A stretch of 63,557 nt of DNA, filler included, from 5 parts of 5 records of this genome joined end to end with filler, not necessarily neighbours in it; one strand, 5' to 3'; shown: positions 10,468 to 21,922, numbered from the whole stretch's first letter. Notes: generated by a model from the letters alone, not told the origin. Made by a program: numbers and translations.

Positions 10468-10766
10468 GTGTCTGTATCTGTTCCAGCTGTCCTGGTGTCA
10501 TTGGGATGCGGGACATGCGATGGTCAGGCAGTCTTGCCTGTCCGGTTGAACGTTACACCTTGCCCCTGATGTTGCGGTCTTCCCTGATGTTTATGTCATC
10601 TCGTTTGAGGGTGAACCGCGGGGGTATGGCGTGGGCGCCCATTCCGCATCCGCTGCCCTTGTGTAACCATGGGTCATTCTGCAAAACAAGGGCAAACTGG
10701 CAAGGATGGGCGGTTTTCCGACCGGTCTGACCAAAATATCGCTAGTTTTGTGGCCAAGGCACGGGT

Positions 10767-11603
10767 TCAGCGCGGCGATTGGCCCAGAACAACCCGATCG
10801 CGTTGGTCGAGATCCTGACGGATCTGCACCCTGTCGAACCCTGCGGCGGTCAGCATTCCGGCGACGGCTGCGCCTTGCGTGGGGCCGATCTCGACCATCA
10901 GCCAACCGCCATCGGTCAGGTGATCGCGCGCGCCGGCGGCAATGGCGCGATAGGCGCTCAGACCATCGGCCTCGTCGGTCAGGGCCATGCGCGGTTCATG
11001 ATTGCGCACCTCTGGCGAAAGATCCGCCATTTCCGCGACCGCAATATAGGGTGGGTTCGAAACGATCAGATCGTAGCGCCCGCCGATATTGTCGTACCAG
11101 TGGCTCCGTTCCAGATGCGTCCGGTCAAAGACCTGCAGGGCGCGGGCGTTTTCCTCTGCCTTGGCAAGCGCCGGGGCCGAGATATCGGTGCCGGTTCCCG
11201 TCGCTTCCGGGCGTTCGGCCAGCAAGGTCAGCAGGATCGCCCCCGACCCGATGCCAAGGTCCAGCACCTCCCGAAAGGGAACCTCCAGCGCGGCATGGAC
11301 CAGAATCTCGGTTTCCGGGCGCGGGTCCAGAACATCGGGGCTGACGCTGAACCAACGGCCATAAAATTCCCGGCCTCTGACGATATGCGACAGCGGTACC
11401 CGGCTCTCGCGTTCCAGCATCATGTTATAGAAGAAGAACGCGGCCTCTCCGCCAAGCTCATCATTGAGATGCAGTGTCAGCCGACCCCGGTCGATCCCCG
11501 TGGCCGCCGCCATCAGCCAGCGTGCGTCCCGCGCCGACCCGTCAATTCCTGCCGCCGTCAACCGGGCCGTGGCTTCGGCCAGTGCCTCGCGGATCAGGGT
11601 CAC
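10767..11603 (-). CDS. prmC: Release factor glutamine methyltransferase (HemK)
   Basis: [24 protein letters not shown] motifs; follows prfA. Confidence 0.96.
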   Translation of the reverse strand: MTLIREALAEATARLTAAGIDGSARDARWLMAAATGIDRGRLTLHLNDELGGEAAFFFYNMMLERESRVPLSHIVRGREFYGRWFSVSPDVLDPRPETEILVHAALEVPFREVLDLGIGSGAILLTLLAERPEATGTGTDISAPALAKAEENARALQVFDRTHLERSHWYDNIGGRYDLIVSNPPYIAVAEMADLSPEVRNHEPRMALTDEADGLSAYRAIAAGARDHLTDGGWLMVEIGPTQGAAVAGMLTAAGFDRVQIRQDLDQRDRVVLGQSPR

Positions 11604-11972
11604 TGGCCCATCTCGGCAAGCATCCGCGCCTGATCATCGGCGATCAGCGCGTCGATCAGTTCATCCAGATCGCCCTGCATGGCTTGATCGAGCTTGTAGA
11701 GCGTCAGGTTGATCCGATGATCGGTGATGCGGCCTTGCGGAAAATTGTACGTGCGGATGCGTTCAGACCGGTCGCCGGAGCCCACCTGCGCCTTGCGGTC
11801 GGCGGCACGTTCATCGGCCACTTTCTGGCGTTCAAGATCGTAAAGCCTCGCGCGCAGGACCGACATGGCGATCTCTCTGTTGCGGTGCTGCGATTTCTCG
11901 GAACTGGTGACCACGATGCCGGACGGGATATGGGTGATCCGCACGGCGGAATCGGTGGTGTTCACGTGCTGG
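11600..11972 (-). CDS. prfA: Peptide chain release factor 1 (3' part, truncated by fragment end)
   Basis: [32 protein letters not shown] motifs; upstream of prmC. Confidence 0.96.
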
Positions 11973-12072
11973 NNNNNNNNNNNNNNNNNNNNNNNNNNNN
12001 NNNNNNNNNNNNNNNNTTAATTAATTAANNNNNNNNNNNNNNNNNNNNNNNNNNNNNNNNNNNNNNNNNNNN
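11973..12072. other. Artificial contig spacer (Ns plus TTAATTAATTAA all-frame stop linker)
   Basis: 100-nt N run containing ttaattaattaa. Confidence 0.98.
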
Positions 12073-13621
12073 CCCCACCGTTCAGGTCGGCGACCCGTTC
12101 ACGGAAAAACTGTTGATTGAAGCCTGCCTTGAGTTGATGGCAACCGATGCCATTCAGGCCATTCAGGACATGGGCGCAGCAGGTCTTACCTCTTCATCCG
12201 TCGAGATGGCCGCCAGCGGCGGCGAGAATGGCGAAGGCATCGGCGTGATCATGGACCTCGACAAGGTACCTCAGCGCGAAGAAGGCATGACCGCCTATGA
12301 AATCATGTTGTCTGAAAGCCAGGAGCGCATGCTCATGGTTCTCTACCCGGACAAGATCGACGTCGCCAAACAGATCTTCAACAAATACGACCTCGATGCC
12401 GAAGTCATAGGCGAGACGACAGACAGCGGCCATCTCGTGCTGAAACAGTTTGGCCAGGTGGTATGCGATATTCCGGTTGCGCCGCTGGCTGACGATGCGC
12501 CGAACTATGATCGTCCCTGGAATGAGCCACCGAAGCGCGCGCCGCTGGATATCAGAAAATACCCGGAACCTGCAGACTATGGCGAAGCCCTTCTGAAGCT
12601 GATGTCTTCACCCGACATGGCATCCAAGCGCTGGGTATGGGAGCAGTATGACCGGCATGTGATGGGCGACACGATCGACAGCTCCCAGTCTGGCGGCGAT
12701 GCGGCGATCGTCCGCATACACAATACCAACAAGGCGCTTGCGATCTGTTCGGACTGCAATCCACACTATGTGGCCGCTGACCCGTATGAAGGCGGCAAGG
12801 CTGTGGTGGCCGAAGCCTACCGGAATCTGACCGCCGTCGGCGCATCACCCATCGCAATCACGGACAATCTGAACTTCGGAAACCCGGAAAAGCCGAACAC
12901 GATGGGCTATATCGTGAAAGCCATTGAAGGCATGGCCGAAGCCTGTCGTGAACTTGATTTTCCGGTCGTGTCCGGCAACGTCTCGCTTTACAACGAGACT
13001 GACGGCGTCGCTATTCCGCCAACGCCTGTTGTCGGTGGTGTGGGGCTGATTGATGACCTTGCCAAGACCACGACGCTGAAAGGTGCGCAGCCCGGAGACA
13101 TGCTGTACGTCATTGGCGAAACTACTGGTGCACTTGGCGCTTCGCTCTATGCTCGTGTTATTCTGGAACTCAAAGGCGAAGATGCTGGTGCGCCCCCTAC
13201 CGTCAATCTTGCAGAAGAAGTCCGGATTGGCGGATTTATCCGTAGCCTGATCGAGCGCGGCCTCGTCAATGCTGTGCATGATGTCAGCGACGGCGGTATC
13301 GCCTGCGCCGCTGCAGAAATGGCGTTGGCCTCGGGTTGCGGCGTGACACTCGTGCCCGACCGCGATCCGGAAGAGACGCGTTCAGAGCCGGGCCTCTTTG
13401 GTGAGGACCAGGGGCGGTATCTGATTGCCGCAACCGAAGAGCAGTGCCGCGAGTGGCAATCACACGGCTTCCTGCCGGCGGTATTGGGCAAATTTGGCGG
13501 CGATAGTATCGTACTGCGAACGGGTACAGGTGAGGATAGCACAGAGTACACCGTGCCTCTGAAGACGCTTCGCGACGCCCATGAAGGTTGGCTGCCGGCC
13601 TACATGAACTCGGTGGATTAA
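12073..13621 (+). CDS. purL: FGAM synthase subunit PurL (5' truncated)
   Basis: PTVQVGDPFTEK, IQDMGAAGLTSS, SESQERM, NLNFGNPEKP, VSGNVSLYNET, HDVSDGG. Confidence 0.96.
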
Positions 13622-13633
13622 CTTACTCTGACG

Positions 13634-14656
13634 CTACTCTGAGGCGACAGCCTGAGATGGCGCCCTGAGCGATAGATCAAGCGTATCAAGCTGGCGGTCT
13701 GCTTCAATCGCAGCCATGACCAGCGTGTCAGCTGCGTTCACGAAGAAATCCACGGGGATCAGATCGTAGTCATCTGTAGGCTTGTGATAGTCGGCATAGT
13801 CTTCGACTCCGAAATAGAGGAAGGGGATGCCGGCTTCGAAGAAGGCTGCCTGGTCTGAGAGCATTGTCCAGTCGTCGGCCCCCTGCTCCGGCCGGTCGTG
13901 TCCCATGAGCAGCTTGACGGGCGCCTTCTCGGCAAGGCCTTCGACAAACGGCACCAGTCCGGGACTATGATACGTCCCCGATACATAAAGTTCGTTCACG
14001 TCGGACCGGCTGACCATGTCGAAGTTGATGTTCAGCACAATCCTGTCCAAATCTATTTCTCCAGACCGGATCAAGTTACGGGCACCCAATGCCCCTGGCT
14101 CTTCTCCGTCGACAAGGGCGAAAAGCATATCGTGTTCCGGCGGGTGGTGCGTGAACCATGCGGCCACCGCGATCAGTGCAGCGGAACCCGAAGCATTGTC
14201 GTCTGCGCCGTTGTATATCTCACCATCAATGACTCCGAGGTGATCAAAATGCGCTGTGATCGCCAACATTTTCCCTTTACCAGGCGTCTTTCCCTCGATC
14301 AGGCCAATCAGGTTTGTTCCCTGAACGGGCTGGGCATTTTCTGCACCCGGCTCCGGTAAAACCTTGAACGTGTGTTCGTAAGAGTCTCCGATTTTGGTGA
14401 GGCGCAGTGTTTCAAAACGCTTTCTAAGAAATCCACGCGCCGCTTCGTTGCCCGGCGTACCGATCGCGCGGCCTTCAAGTGCGTCGTTCGAAAGAACTTC
14501 GGTCAGGTGCAGCAATTCACCTGCATCAACATACTCTCCCTCAGGAAGTGGTACAGATACGTCATAGGTCGGCTGTGGTGTATTCAGGAACCAGAAAAGG
14601 CCCAGTATCAGAAACGCCATCAAGCCTGCTGCCACCGTCCAGATCTGTCTCTTCAT
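13634..14656 (-). CDS. M28 family zinc peptidase with N-terminal membrane anchor
   Basis: AHFDHLG, GADDNASG, GEE, NFDMV, YHKPTD motifs; start MKRQIW at 14656 after GAGG. Confidence 0.88.
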   Translation of the reverse strand: MKRQIWTVAAGLMAFLILGLFWFLNTPQPTYDVSVPLPEGEYVDAGELLHLTEVLSNDALEGRAIGTPGNEAARGFLRKRFETLRLTKIGDSYEHTFKVLPEPGAENAQPVQGTNLIGLIEGKTPGKGKMLAITAHFDHLGVIDGEIYNGADDNASGSAALIAVAAWFTHHPPEHDMLFALVDGEEPGALGARNLIRSGEIDLDRIVLNINFDMVSRSDVNELYVSGTYHSPGLVPFVEGLAEKAPVKLLMGHDRPEQGADDWTMLSDQAAFFEAGIPFLYFGVEDYADYHKPTDDYDLIPVDFFVNAADTLVMAAIEADRQLDTLDLSLRAPSQAVASE

Positions 14657-14781
14657 GAGGACCTCTCGCTTCGTCGTACCAGACGGTAAGAGGACGCTGG
14701 TTGAGGTGCAAGGCGTCCGCTGCCAAGCTTGACGGGGCTGCCCTTGCAGCCCAATTGAGCCCGGAGATCGAGGAGAATCCC

Positions 14782-15012
14782 ATGGGCATGTCACGCGAAA
14801 TTCTGATGGAGCATTTGACGGACGCATTTCCGGAAGCGGAGATCGTGCTGACCGACCTCGCCGGCGACAATGACCATTGGCAAGCCGAGATCATCAGTCC
14901 TCAATTTGCTGGCATCCCCCGCGTGAAACAGCACCAGCTCGTCTATGCGGCACTCAAGGGCAAGATGGGCGGGGAGCTGCACGCATTGGCCCTCAAAACA
15001 CGCGCGCCCTGA
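14782..15012 (+). CDS. bolA: BolA/IbaG family protein
   Basis: DLAGDNDHW, F.G..RVKQHQLVY, LHALALKT; GAGGAG RBS. Confidence 0.9.
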   Translation: MGMSREILMEHLTDAFPEAEIVLTDLAGDNDHWQAEIISPQFAGIPRVKQHQLVYAALKGKMGGELHALALKTRAP

Positions 15013-15081
15013 GGCGCAGCGACCCGATTGACCTAACGGAGGGTTCACGGTTTTCTCCCGTTCAACCGGAGGAGACCATCC

Positions 15082-16938
15082 ATGAAAAGAATCGCCCTTT
15101 CCGCCAGTGTCGTAGCGCTCTGCGCCGCTTTGGCTTCCTGTGCCGCAGACACCACATCGGCAACCGACGAAGCATTGGTAGAAACACCCCAAATCGACGA
15201 AACTGCGGCCCAAATCGCAGAAGCAACCACCTTTGTGGAGCGCGCCGAAACGGAACTGGCTGCGCTGAGCAAGGTCACAGCCCTCGCCTACTGGGCCAAC
15301 GCGACAAACATCACCGACGAGACAGATGCGGCCGCCGCAGAAGCCGGTGCGAAGATGACCAAGCTTTCTGTCTCGCTCGCCAATGAATCCAAGAAATACA
15401 ATGTCGACATCATGCCGTACGATGTCGCCCGCAAGATCCGCATCCTGCGCAGCGGCATCACGATCCCCGCCCCCTCCCGCGAAGGTGCGGCAGAGGAACT
15501 TTCGGCGATTACGACCGACCTCAGCTCAACCTATGGCAAAGGCAAGTTTGAATACAAAGGCGAGATGATCAATCTGGACCAGGCGTCCACGATCATCGAG
15601 ACGTCCCGAGATCCTGAAGAACTGAAAGCTGTCTGGGAGGGCTGGCGCACCGTGTCGCCGCCGATGAAGGACAATTATGCCAAGATGGTCTCGCTCGCCA
15701 ATGAAGGCGCGCAGGAACTTGGCTATCCGACATTGGATAAGATGTGGTTGTCCAATTACGACATGCCACCGGAAGAGATGGAGGCCGAAGTTCAGCGCCT
15801 CTGGGGCCAGGTTGAGCCGCTGTACAAGGATCTCCACTGCTACGCGCGTACGAAGCTGAATTCGACCTATGGCGATGACGCACAGCCTAAGACCGGCCCG
15901 ATCCGCGCTGACTTGCTTGGCAACATGTGGGCCCAGCAATGGTCGTCCATCTATGACATCGTGAAGCCGGACACGACACCCGTCAGCTACGACCTCACCA
16001 CGCGCCTGAACGAGCGCGGTTACACACCCGTCAAAATGGTCGAGACAGGCGAAGGCTTCTTCACGTCTCTCGGCCTCGAGCCGCTCCCGGAAACCTTCTG
16101 GGAGCGTTCGATGATCACACGGCCGGAAGGCAGGGAAGTTGTCTGCCACGCATCGGCATGGGACCTCGACGATGAAGAAGATATCCGCATCAAGATGTGC
16201 ACGGAGATCAACTCCGAGGACTTCTTCACGGTCCACCACGAACTTGGGCACAATTTTTACCAGCGCGCCTATAAAGACCAGCCCTATCTCTATAAAAATG
16301 GGGCACACGATGGGTTCCATGAGGCCATTGGTGACTTCGTCGCCCTGTCGATCACGCCGGAATATCTCGAACAGATCGGCCTGATCTCTGAAGAGGAAAA
16401 ACCTGGCCCGGATGCCGACACAGCCCTGCTCATGCAGACGGCACTCGACAAGATCGCGTTCCTGCCCTTCGCCCTGACCGTCGATAGCTGGCGCTGGGAC
16501 GTGCTGAACGGCACGACGCCGCCGGAAGACTACAACAAGGCCTGGTGGGACCTGCGCCTGAAGAACCAGGGCATTGTTCCCCCAGCGCCGCGCCCGGCAG
16601 ACGCCTTCGACCCCGGCGCCAAGTATCATATTCCGGGCAATACGCCTTACCTGCGCTACTTCCTGTCCTTCGTGATGCAGTTCCAGTTCCATAAGGCGGC
16701 CTGTGAACAGGCAGGCTGGGAAGGCCCGCTGCACCGCTGCTCAATCTACGGCAACAAGGAAGTTGGTGAGCGCTTCAACGAGATGCTGGAGGCCGGCATG
16801 TCCCGTCCATGGCCGGAAACACTGGAGAAATTCACCGGCACGCGCGAAATGGATGCGAGCGCTATGGTGGAGTATTTCGAGCCCCTGACCGAGTATCTGG
16901 AAGAGCAGAATGAGGGCCAGTCCTGCGGTTGGGACTAG
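15082..16938 (+). CDS. M2 family peptidyl-dipeptidase (angiotensin-converting enzyme homologue), predicted lipoprotein
   Basis: LLGNMWAQ, VCHASAWD, HHELGH (HExxH), GFHEAIGD, FDPGAKYHIP..TPYLRYF; LASC lipobox. Confidence 0.93.
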   Translation: MKRIALSASVVALCAALASCAADTTSATDEALVETPQIDETAAQIAEATTFVERAETELAALSKVTALAYWANATNITDETDAAAAEAGAKMTKLSVSLANESKKYNVDIMPYDVARKIRILRSGITIPAPSREGAAEELSAITTDLSSTYGKGKFEYKGEMINLDQASTIIETSRDPEELKAVWEGWRTVSPPMKDNYAKMVSLANEGAQELGYPTLDKMWLSNYDMPPEEMEAEVQRLWGQVEPLYKDLHCYARTKLNSTYGDDAQPKTGPIRADLLGNMWAQQWSSIYDIVKPDTTPVSYDLTTRLNERGYTPVKMVETGEGFFTSLGLEPLPETFWERSMITRPEGREVVCHASAWDLDDEEDIRIKMCTEINSEDFFTVHHELGHNFYQRAYKDQPYLYKNGAHDGFHEAIGDFVALSITPEYLEQIGLISEEEKPGPDADTALLMQTALDKIAFLPFALTVDSWRWDVLNGTTPPEDYNKAWWDLRLKNQGIVPPAPRPADAFDPGAKYHIPGNTPYLRYFLSFVMQFQFHKAACEQAGWEGPLHRCSIYGNKEVGERFNEMLEAGMSRPWPETLEKFTGTREMDASAMVEYFEPLTEYLEEQNEGQSCGWD

Positions 16939-17020
16939 GTGTTACCCGAACCGGATGGGGCGGCACGCTTGACGCCGCCCCTTATCCACCACACATCACG
17001 GGAAATCCGGAGATCACACC

Positions 17021-17359
17021 ATGACTGACCAAGCCACGCTCGACGCCATCAAACAGGCCGTAGAAAGCAACGATGTTGTCCTTTTCATGAAAGGCACACC
17101 GACCTTCCCGCAGTGCGGCTTCTCATCTGTCGTCGTGCAGGTGCTGGATTATCTGGGTGTGGAGTACGTTGCGACGAACGTTCTGGAGAACCAGGCCGTC
17201 CGCGAAGGTATCAAGGTCTACTCCGAATGGCCGACCATTCCTCAGCTCTATGTAAAGGGTGAGTTCGTCGGCGGGTGCGACATCGTCAAAGAGATGTTTG
17301 AAAGCGGCGAACTGCGAGATTTCATGAAGGACAAAGGCATCGAGCTGGAAGACGCCTGA
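17021..17359 (+). CDS. grxD: Monothiol glutaredoxin Grx4
   Basis: [25 protein letters not shown]. Confidence 0.96.
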   Translation: MTDQATLDAIKQAVESNDVVLFMKGTPTFPQCGFSSVVVQVLDYLGVEYVATNVLENQAVREGIKVYSEWPTIPQLYVKGEFVGGCDIVKEMFESGELRDFMKDKGIELEDA

Positions 17360-17363
17360 TCGT

Positions 17364-17756
17364 CTAAGCAAAGAAGTAGAGACCGATCAGAATCAGGATC
17401 GGGACCAGTGACATTCCAAACAAGTTGCGCGTAAAGGCATATGTCCCGATCCATTTGTCGATTTCGGGATCGCCGCTTTCTGCCGTGGTCGTGACCATAT
17501 CGACATCGCCGCCCTTGATGACCGTATCGTCTGACAGGATGTATTTCTGCAGCGAACCTTCCAGCAGCAAAGCTCCAAAATAGAAAAGCCCACTGAAGCT
17601 GATACTGGCGAAGGCAACCGCCACGACGATCGGGGCGAGTTCCGGTTTCCGGAACTGGCCCATCAGCCAGAGCGCTCCAAGAAGCACGACGGCGCCGACG
17701 ACTACAGCGACTATCTGGATCAGCCTGAGACGCCTGAAGTCCGGCTTGTCAGTCAT
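17364..17756 (-). CDS. Hypothetical membrane protein (about 3 TM helices)
   Basis: GGAGG RBS, hydrophobic segments, fills the gap between grxD and rimO. Confidence 0.7.
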   Translation of the reverse strand: MTDKPDFRRLRLIQIVAVVVGAVVLLGALWLMGQFRKPELAPIVVAVAFASISFSGLFYFGALLLEGSLQKYILSDDTVIKGGDVDMVTTTAESGDPEIDKWIGTYAFTRNLFGMSLVPILILIGLYFFA

Positions 17757-17809
17757 GCGGTGCGTCCTCCCGCTTTCCTGTTCTACACTTTCAATATAGC
17801 AGAGCGGTC

Positions 17810-19159
17810 ATGGACACGACCACCCGCCCCGCCCCGATCCGCCCTACGCAGCCGAAGGTAGGTATCGTCTCGCTTGGCTGCCCCAAAGCACTCGTTGATT
17901 CCGAACGGATCATCACGCGTCTGCGCGCCGAGGGCTATCAAATCGCTCCGGACTATTCGGGCGCAGACCTTGTGCTGGTGAACACGTGTGGCTTTCTCGA
18001 CAGCGCGCGGGACGAAAGCCTTGATGCCATTGGCGAAGCCATCGAGGCGAACGGCAAGGTTATCGTGACCGGCTGCCTGGGCGCAGAACCGGACGTCATC
18101 GAAAAGGCGCACCCCAAAGTGCTGGCGATCACGGGTCCGCATCAGTACGAAGCGGTCATGGAGGCGGTCCACACACACCTGACGCCACCGCACAATCCGC
18201 ATCTGGACCTTGTACCCGAAGCCGGACTGCGCCTGACGCCGCGCCACTATGCTTATCTGAAGATATCCGAAGGCTGTAACAACCGCTGCAGCTTCTGCAT
18301 CATTCCCAAGCTTCGCGGCGATCTCGTCTCCCGCCCGATCCACCACGTGCTGACCGAAGCCGAACAGCTCGTAAAAGCGGGCGTCAAAGAGCTCCTCGTC
18401 ATAAGCCAGGATACGTCGGCCTACGGTCTCGATGTCCGCTACAAGCCGGAAGCCTGGCGTGGCACGGAATACGAAACCCGCTTCCTGGACCTCGCGAAGG
18501 GCCTTGGCAGCCTCGGCGTGTGGACGCGGATGCACTATGTCTATCCTTACCCACACGTGGATGCCGTCATCCCGATGATGGCGGAAGGGCTGATCACGCC
18601 GTATCTGGACATTCCGTTCCAGCACGCATCCGCGAATGTGCTGAAAGCGATGAAGCGCCCAGCTAAACAGGACAAGGTGCTGGAACGCATCCAGCAATGG
18701 CGCCGCGATGTGCCGGATCTTGCGATCCGGTCTACATTCATTGTCGGCTTCCCGGGTGAGACCGAAGGAGACTTCGAAATCCTGCTCGATTTCATTCGCG
18801 AAGCGAAGATCGATCGCGCCGGCTGCTTCCAGTACGAGAACGTCGCCCACGCAGACAGCCGCGCCCTGCCCGGCCATGTGCCGGATGAAGTGAAGGAAGA
18901 GCGCTGGCACCGCTTCATGCAGGTTCAGGCCGAGGTTTCGGCGGATCGCGCGGAATCACAGGTCGGCACGATCCAGGACGTCATCGTCGATGGCGCAGAC
19001 GAAGAGCCCGGCCTGATGATCGCCCGAACCAAAGCCGATGCGCCGGAAGTCGACGCGGTGGTCTACCTCGAAAACGCAACGCACCTGAAGCCGGGTGACA
19101 TCGTGGCGGCGAAAATCACCGGCGCCGACGATTACGACCTCTACGCGACACCGGCCTGA
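17810..19159 (+). CDS. rimO: Ribosomal protein S12 methylthiotransferase
   Basis: [27 protein letters not shown] radical-SAM motif, DAPEVD TRAM domain. Confidence 0.96.
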   Translation: MDTTTRPAPIRPTQPKVGIVSLGCPKALVDSERIITRLRAEGYQIAPDYSGADLVLVNTCGFLDSARDESLDAIGEAIEANGKVIVTGCLGAEPDVIEKAHPKVLAITGPHQYEAVMEAVHTHLTPPHNPHLDLVPEAGLRLTPRHYAYLKISEGCNNRCSFCIIPKLRGDLVSRPIHHVLTEAEQLVKAGVKELLVISQDTSAYGLDVRYKPEAWRGTEYETRFLDLAKGLGSLGVWTRMHYVYPYPHVDAVIPMMAEGLITPYLDIPFQHASANVLKAMKRPAKQDKVLERIQQWRRDVPDLAIRSTFIVGFPGETEGDFEILLDFIREAKIDRAGCFQYENVAHADSRALPGHVPDEVKEERWHRFMQVQAEVSADRAESQVGTIQDVIVDGADEEPGLMIARTKADAPEVDAVVYLENATHLKPGDIVAAKITGADDYDLYATPA

Positions 19160-19845
19160 GCGCGCATTCGCTCACCCGCCTCGCGTGCTTCGGCCCTGCG
19201 CTGATCCATCACCTTTGCCATCATTCGATTGTAAGCGGCAAGTGTTTCTGGCTCTGCCAGTTCCGGCCGACCGCCAGTAAATGGCGGTGCCGGGGCATAT
19301 TCATAACCGAGGGTCAGCGCCTTCGCATATGCCTCACCGGCGATCTGCGCGACCAGGGTCAGAGCGAAATCGATCCCGGCTGTCACACCCCCACCCGTGA
19401 ACGTTTTTCCGTCCCGCACCACGCGGCCCGCATCTACGGTGGCACCGAACTCCGTCAACAGCTCACGCCACGCCCAGTGACATGCCGCCCGCTTGCCCTG
19501 AAGCAAGCCAGCTGCTCCCAGAATGAGTGAGCCTGTGCAAACCGACGTGACATAGGTGGAGCACACTCCGAGGCGCCGGATCTCGCTGACGAAATCTTTG
19601 TCCAGAGCCACCTGCGTTGCCGTAACGCCGCCGGGTACGCAGAGAAGATCACAGCGCTCGATCTCCGACAGCTTCGCCGTGCGCCCGACGACCAGGTTGC
19701 CTTCGGCAACCACGTCTCCACCATCTCGGCTCGCAATCACGGTTTGCGCATCGGGGAGTCGGCACAAGACCTGGTGCGGTCCGGTAAAGTCCAGATGAGT
19801 CATGTTATCGTAGACGGCAAACACGGTTGTGAACGGCTGGGTCAT
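19141..19845 (-). CDS. DJ-1/PfpI family protein (isonitrile hydratase InhA-like)
   Basis: LDFTGP, SVCTGS catalytic Cys, [18 protein letters not shown]. Confidence 0.88.
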   Translation of the reverse strand: MTQPFTTVFAVYDNMTHLDFTGPHQVLCRLPDAQTVIASRDGGDVVAEGNLVVGRTAKLSEIERCDLLCVPGGVTATQVALDKDFVSEIRRLGVCSTYVTSVCTGSLILGAAGLLQGKRAACHWAWRELLTEFGATVDAGRVVRDGKTFTGGGVTAGIDFALTLVAQIAGEAYAKALTLGYEYAPAPPFTGGRPELAEPETLAAYNRMMAKVMDQRRAEAREAGERMRAQAGVA

Positions 19846-19911
19846 GGCGATCTCCTTGCTGGCTCGTCTTTTCTGAACTAAGCCCAGTTTGGCAGAAAGG
19901 ACATTGTTCCC

Positions 19912-20877
19912 ATGTTTTCAGCCAATCCCAAGGCTCGTGATATCGGCGTGCTGATTTTCGAGGATTTTCAGCTGCTGGACGCCGCCGGACCGATTTCTGT
20001 CTTTGAAATGCCGGTCCGCGGCATGTCTCCTCCGCCTTACAAGCTGACAGTCTACTCCATGACCGGCGGCCCTGTTCGGGCCTCCAGCGGTGTTTGCCTT
20101 TACTCCGAGAAACTCCCGGCAGACCTGCCCCTGGACACGCTGATCGTATCTGGCGGCGAAGGCACGCGAGAGGCAATGCACAACACGGTATTCCTGAATG
20201 CAATCAGGGACCTGTCCAGTCGCACCCATCGAACAACATCTGTCTGCTCCGGCTCCATACTGCTCGCCGCGGCAGGCCTTCTCAACGGCCGGCGCGCCAC
20301 CACCCACTGGCGGCGTTGCCCGGATATGGTACGGCACTTTCCGGAGGTGACCGTCGAAGCTGACCGGATCTACGTCCAAGATGGAAAGTTCTGGACCTCC
20401 GCAGGCATCACCGCCGGGATCGATCTTGCCCTGGCGCTCGTTGAAGATGATCTGGGAGCTGAAGTTGCGCGCCGTTCCGCGCGTGAGCTGGTGGTCCACC
20501 ACCGCAGGCACGGCGGGCAATCCCAATTCTCGGTGATGCAGGACGTAAAGCTGGTATCTGGCCGCTTCGATGCGCTCATAGACTGGATTCGGACCCATTT
20601 ATCCTGTGATCTCAAGGTTGAGCAAATCGCCGAACAGGCCGGAATGAGTCCTAGAAATTTCGCTCGGGTCTTCCGGTCCGAGACCGGCACGACGCCGGCT
20701 CGCTTCGTCGAGAAGCTTCGGCTGGAGTCAGCTCGGCAACGCGTCGAGACCACTAGCATTTCTCTGCAGCAGATTGCTAAGGAAACTGGCTTTGGGGACG
20801 CCGAACGTATGCGCACTGCCTTCATTCGAGCTTATGGACAGCCGCCGATGGTCTGGCGCCGCCAGGTACGCCCCTGA
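19912..20877 (+). CDS. GlxA-family AraC transcriptional regulator
   Basis: DJ-1-like domain (LLDAAGP, SVCSG, TSAGITAGIDL, GGQSQFS) plus AraC HTH; divergent from the DJ-1 gene. Confidence 0.92.
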   Translation: MFSANPKARDIGVLIFEDFQLLDAAGPISVFEMPVRGMSPPPYKLTVYSMTGGPVRASSGVCLYSEKLPADLPLDTLIVSGGEGTREAMHNTVFLNAIRDLSSRTHRTTSVCSGSILLAAAGLLNGRRATTHWRRCPDMVRHFPEVTVEADRIYVQDGKFWTSAGITAGIDLALALVEDDLGAEVARRSARELVVHHRRHGGQSQFSVMQDVKLVSGRFDALIDWIRTHLSCDLKVEQIAEQAGMSPRNFARVFRSETGTTPARFVEKLRLESARQRVETTSISLQQIAKETGFGDAERMRTAFIRAYGQPPMVWRRQVRP

Positions 20878-20907
20878 GCGCTAAAAAAGTTCAGATCCAA
20901 CCAAATT

Positions 20908-20953
20908 TATCGTTATTCGACGATTGACATATCGTATTTCGATAATTCATAGT
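20908..20953 (+). promoter_or_regulatory. Promoter (TTGACA -35) flanked by tandem TATCG-N5-CGA(T/C) operator-like palindromes
   Basis: TATCGttattCGACG 20908-20922, TTGACA 20924-20929, perfect TATCGtatttCGATA 20930-20944. Confidence 0.55.
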
Positions 20954-20975
20954 GCCTCCATCAAGGAGATCACTC

Positions 20976-21908
20976 ATGAAACGTACAGCCACCTGCTTCG
21001 CTGCGGCGCTCGCTCTGACTGCACCGGCCGCGCTCGCTGAATCCAAGACCTTCAGTGCACAATCATTCTCCCAGATCGAAGCCGCTGGACCGATTGATGT
21101 GGTCTATGAGGCAGCGGCGACACCGTCGATTGTCGTGGAGCAAGCTGAAAACGACTTCAGCGACATCTACCTGGACTTTGAAGGCGATACGCTGATCGTT
21201 TCCCGCAACAGTATCCGGAACCGGTCTGGCTGGTTTAACAATGTGTCGATCAACACCAAGAATGACCGCAAGGTCATCAAGGTCAATGGCAAGCGGGTGC
21301 CATACTATGTCGTACGAGTGTCCGGACCGGACCTCGATGGCGTTTTGGTAAAGCGTTCTGCCAAACTGACTGCAACAGGAGTCGACAGCGACAACTTCGA
21401 CGCCCACGCCTCCTCCAGCGGGGAACTCGAACTCGCAGGTTCGGCAAGAAATGCCAGCCTCCAAGCGTCGTCCAGCGGAGATATTTTCGCTTCCGGTTTC
21501 CGAGCGGAGGCTCTCGACCTTCAATCGTCATCAAGCGGAGACATCGAAGCAACCGTGATCGGCAACGGTCAGGTCCGGATTGAAGTCTCCTCGAGTGGAG
21601 ACCTGGAATTGAAATCGCTAGGCGCCGCCGAATTCCGGGTCGAGGCGTCTTCCAGTGCAGATGTCGAACTTACCGGTCAGTGCACAAGCATTAAGGTTGA
21701 GGCATCCTCCAGCGCCGATGTAGATGCCAACGGTCTGGCCTGCCTTAGTGCAAAAATCATGGCGTCCAGCAGCGCCGACATCAGTGTTTTTGCTTCTGAA
21801 TCTGTAGAAGCAATCGCGTCCAGCGGCGGGGATATTTTCATCTCCGGTTCTCCTGAAATTCGTGATGTTTCCCGGTCGAGCGGTGGTGACATCGAGTTCG
21901 GCAGCTGA
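20976..21908 (+). CDS. DUF2807 (head GIN domain) exported beta-helix protein
   Basis: Signal peptide, FSQIEAAGPIDV, repeated ..ASSS(G/A)D/E.. units; AAGGAG RBS. Confidence 0.8.
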   Translation: MKRTATCFAAALALTAPAALAESKTFSAQSFSQIEAAGPIDVVYEAAATPSIVVEQAENDFSDIYLDFEGDTLIVSRNSIRNRSGWFNNVSINTKNDRKVIKVNGKRVPYYVVRVSGPDLDGVLVKRSAKLTATGVDSDNFDAHASSSGELELAGSARNASLQASSSGDIFASGFRAEALDLQSSSSGDIEATVIGNGQVRIEVSSSGDLELKSLGAAEFRVEASSSADVELTGQCTSIKVEASSSADVDANGLACLSAKIMASSSADISVFASESVEAIASSGGDIFISGSPEIRDVSRSSGGDIEFGS

Positions 21909-21922
21909 CCTGAAAGGCGAAA

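Noticed and set aside
11973-12072. Recurring TTAATTAATTAA palindrome flanked by Ns (four copies)
   Set aside because: Artificial all-frame-stop linker used to join contigs, not biological.
21400-21900. Periodic TCCAGC/TCGAG repeats suggesting an array
   Set aside because: They encode the ASSSGD beta-helix repeats of the DUF2807 protein; no constant repeat with unique spacers, so not CRISPR.
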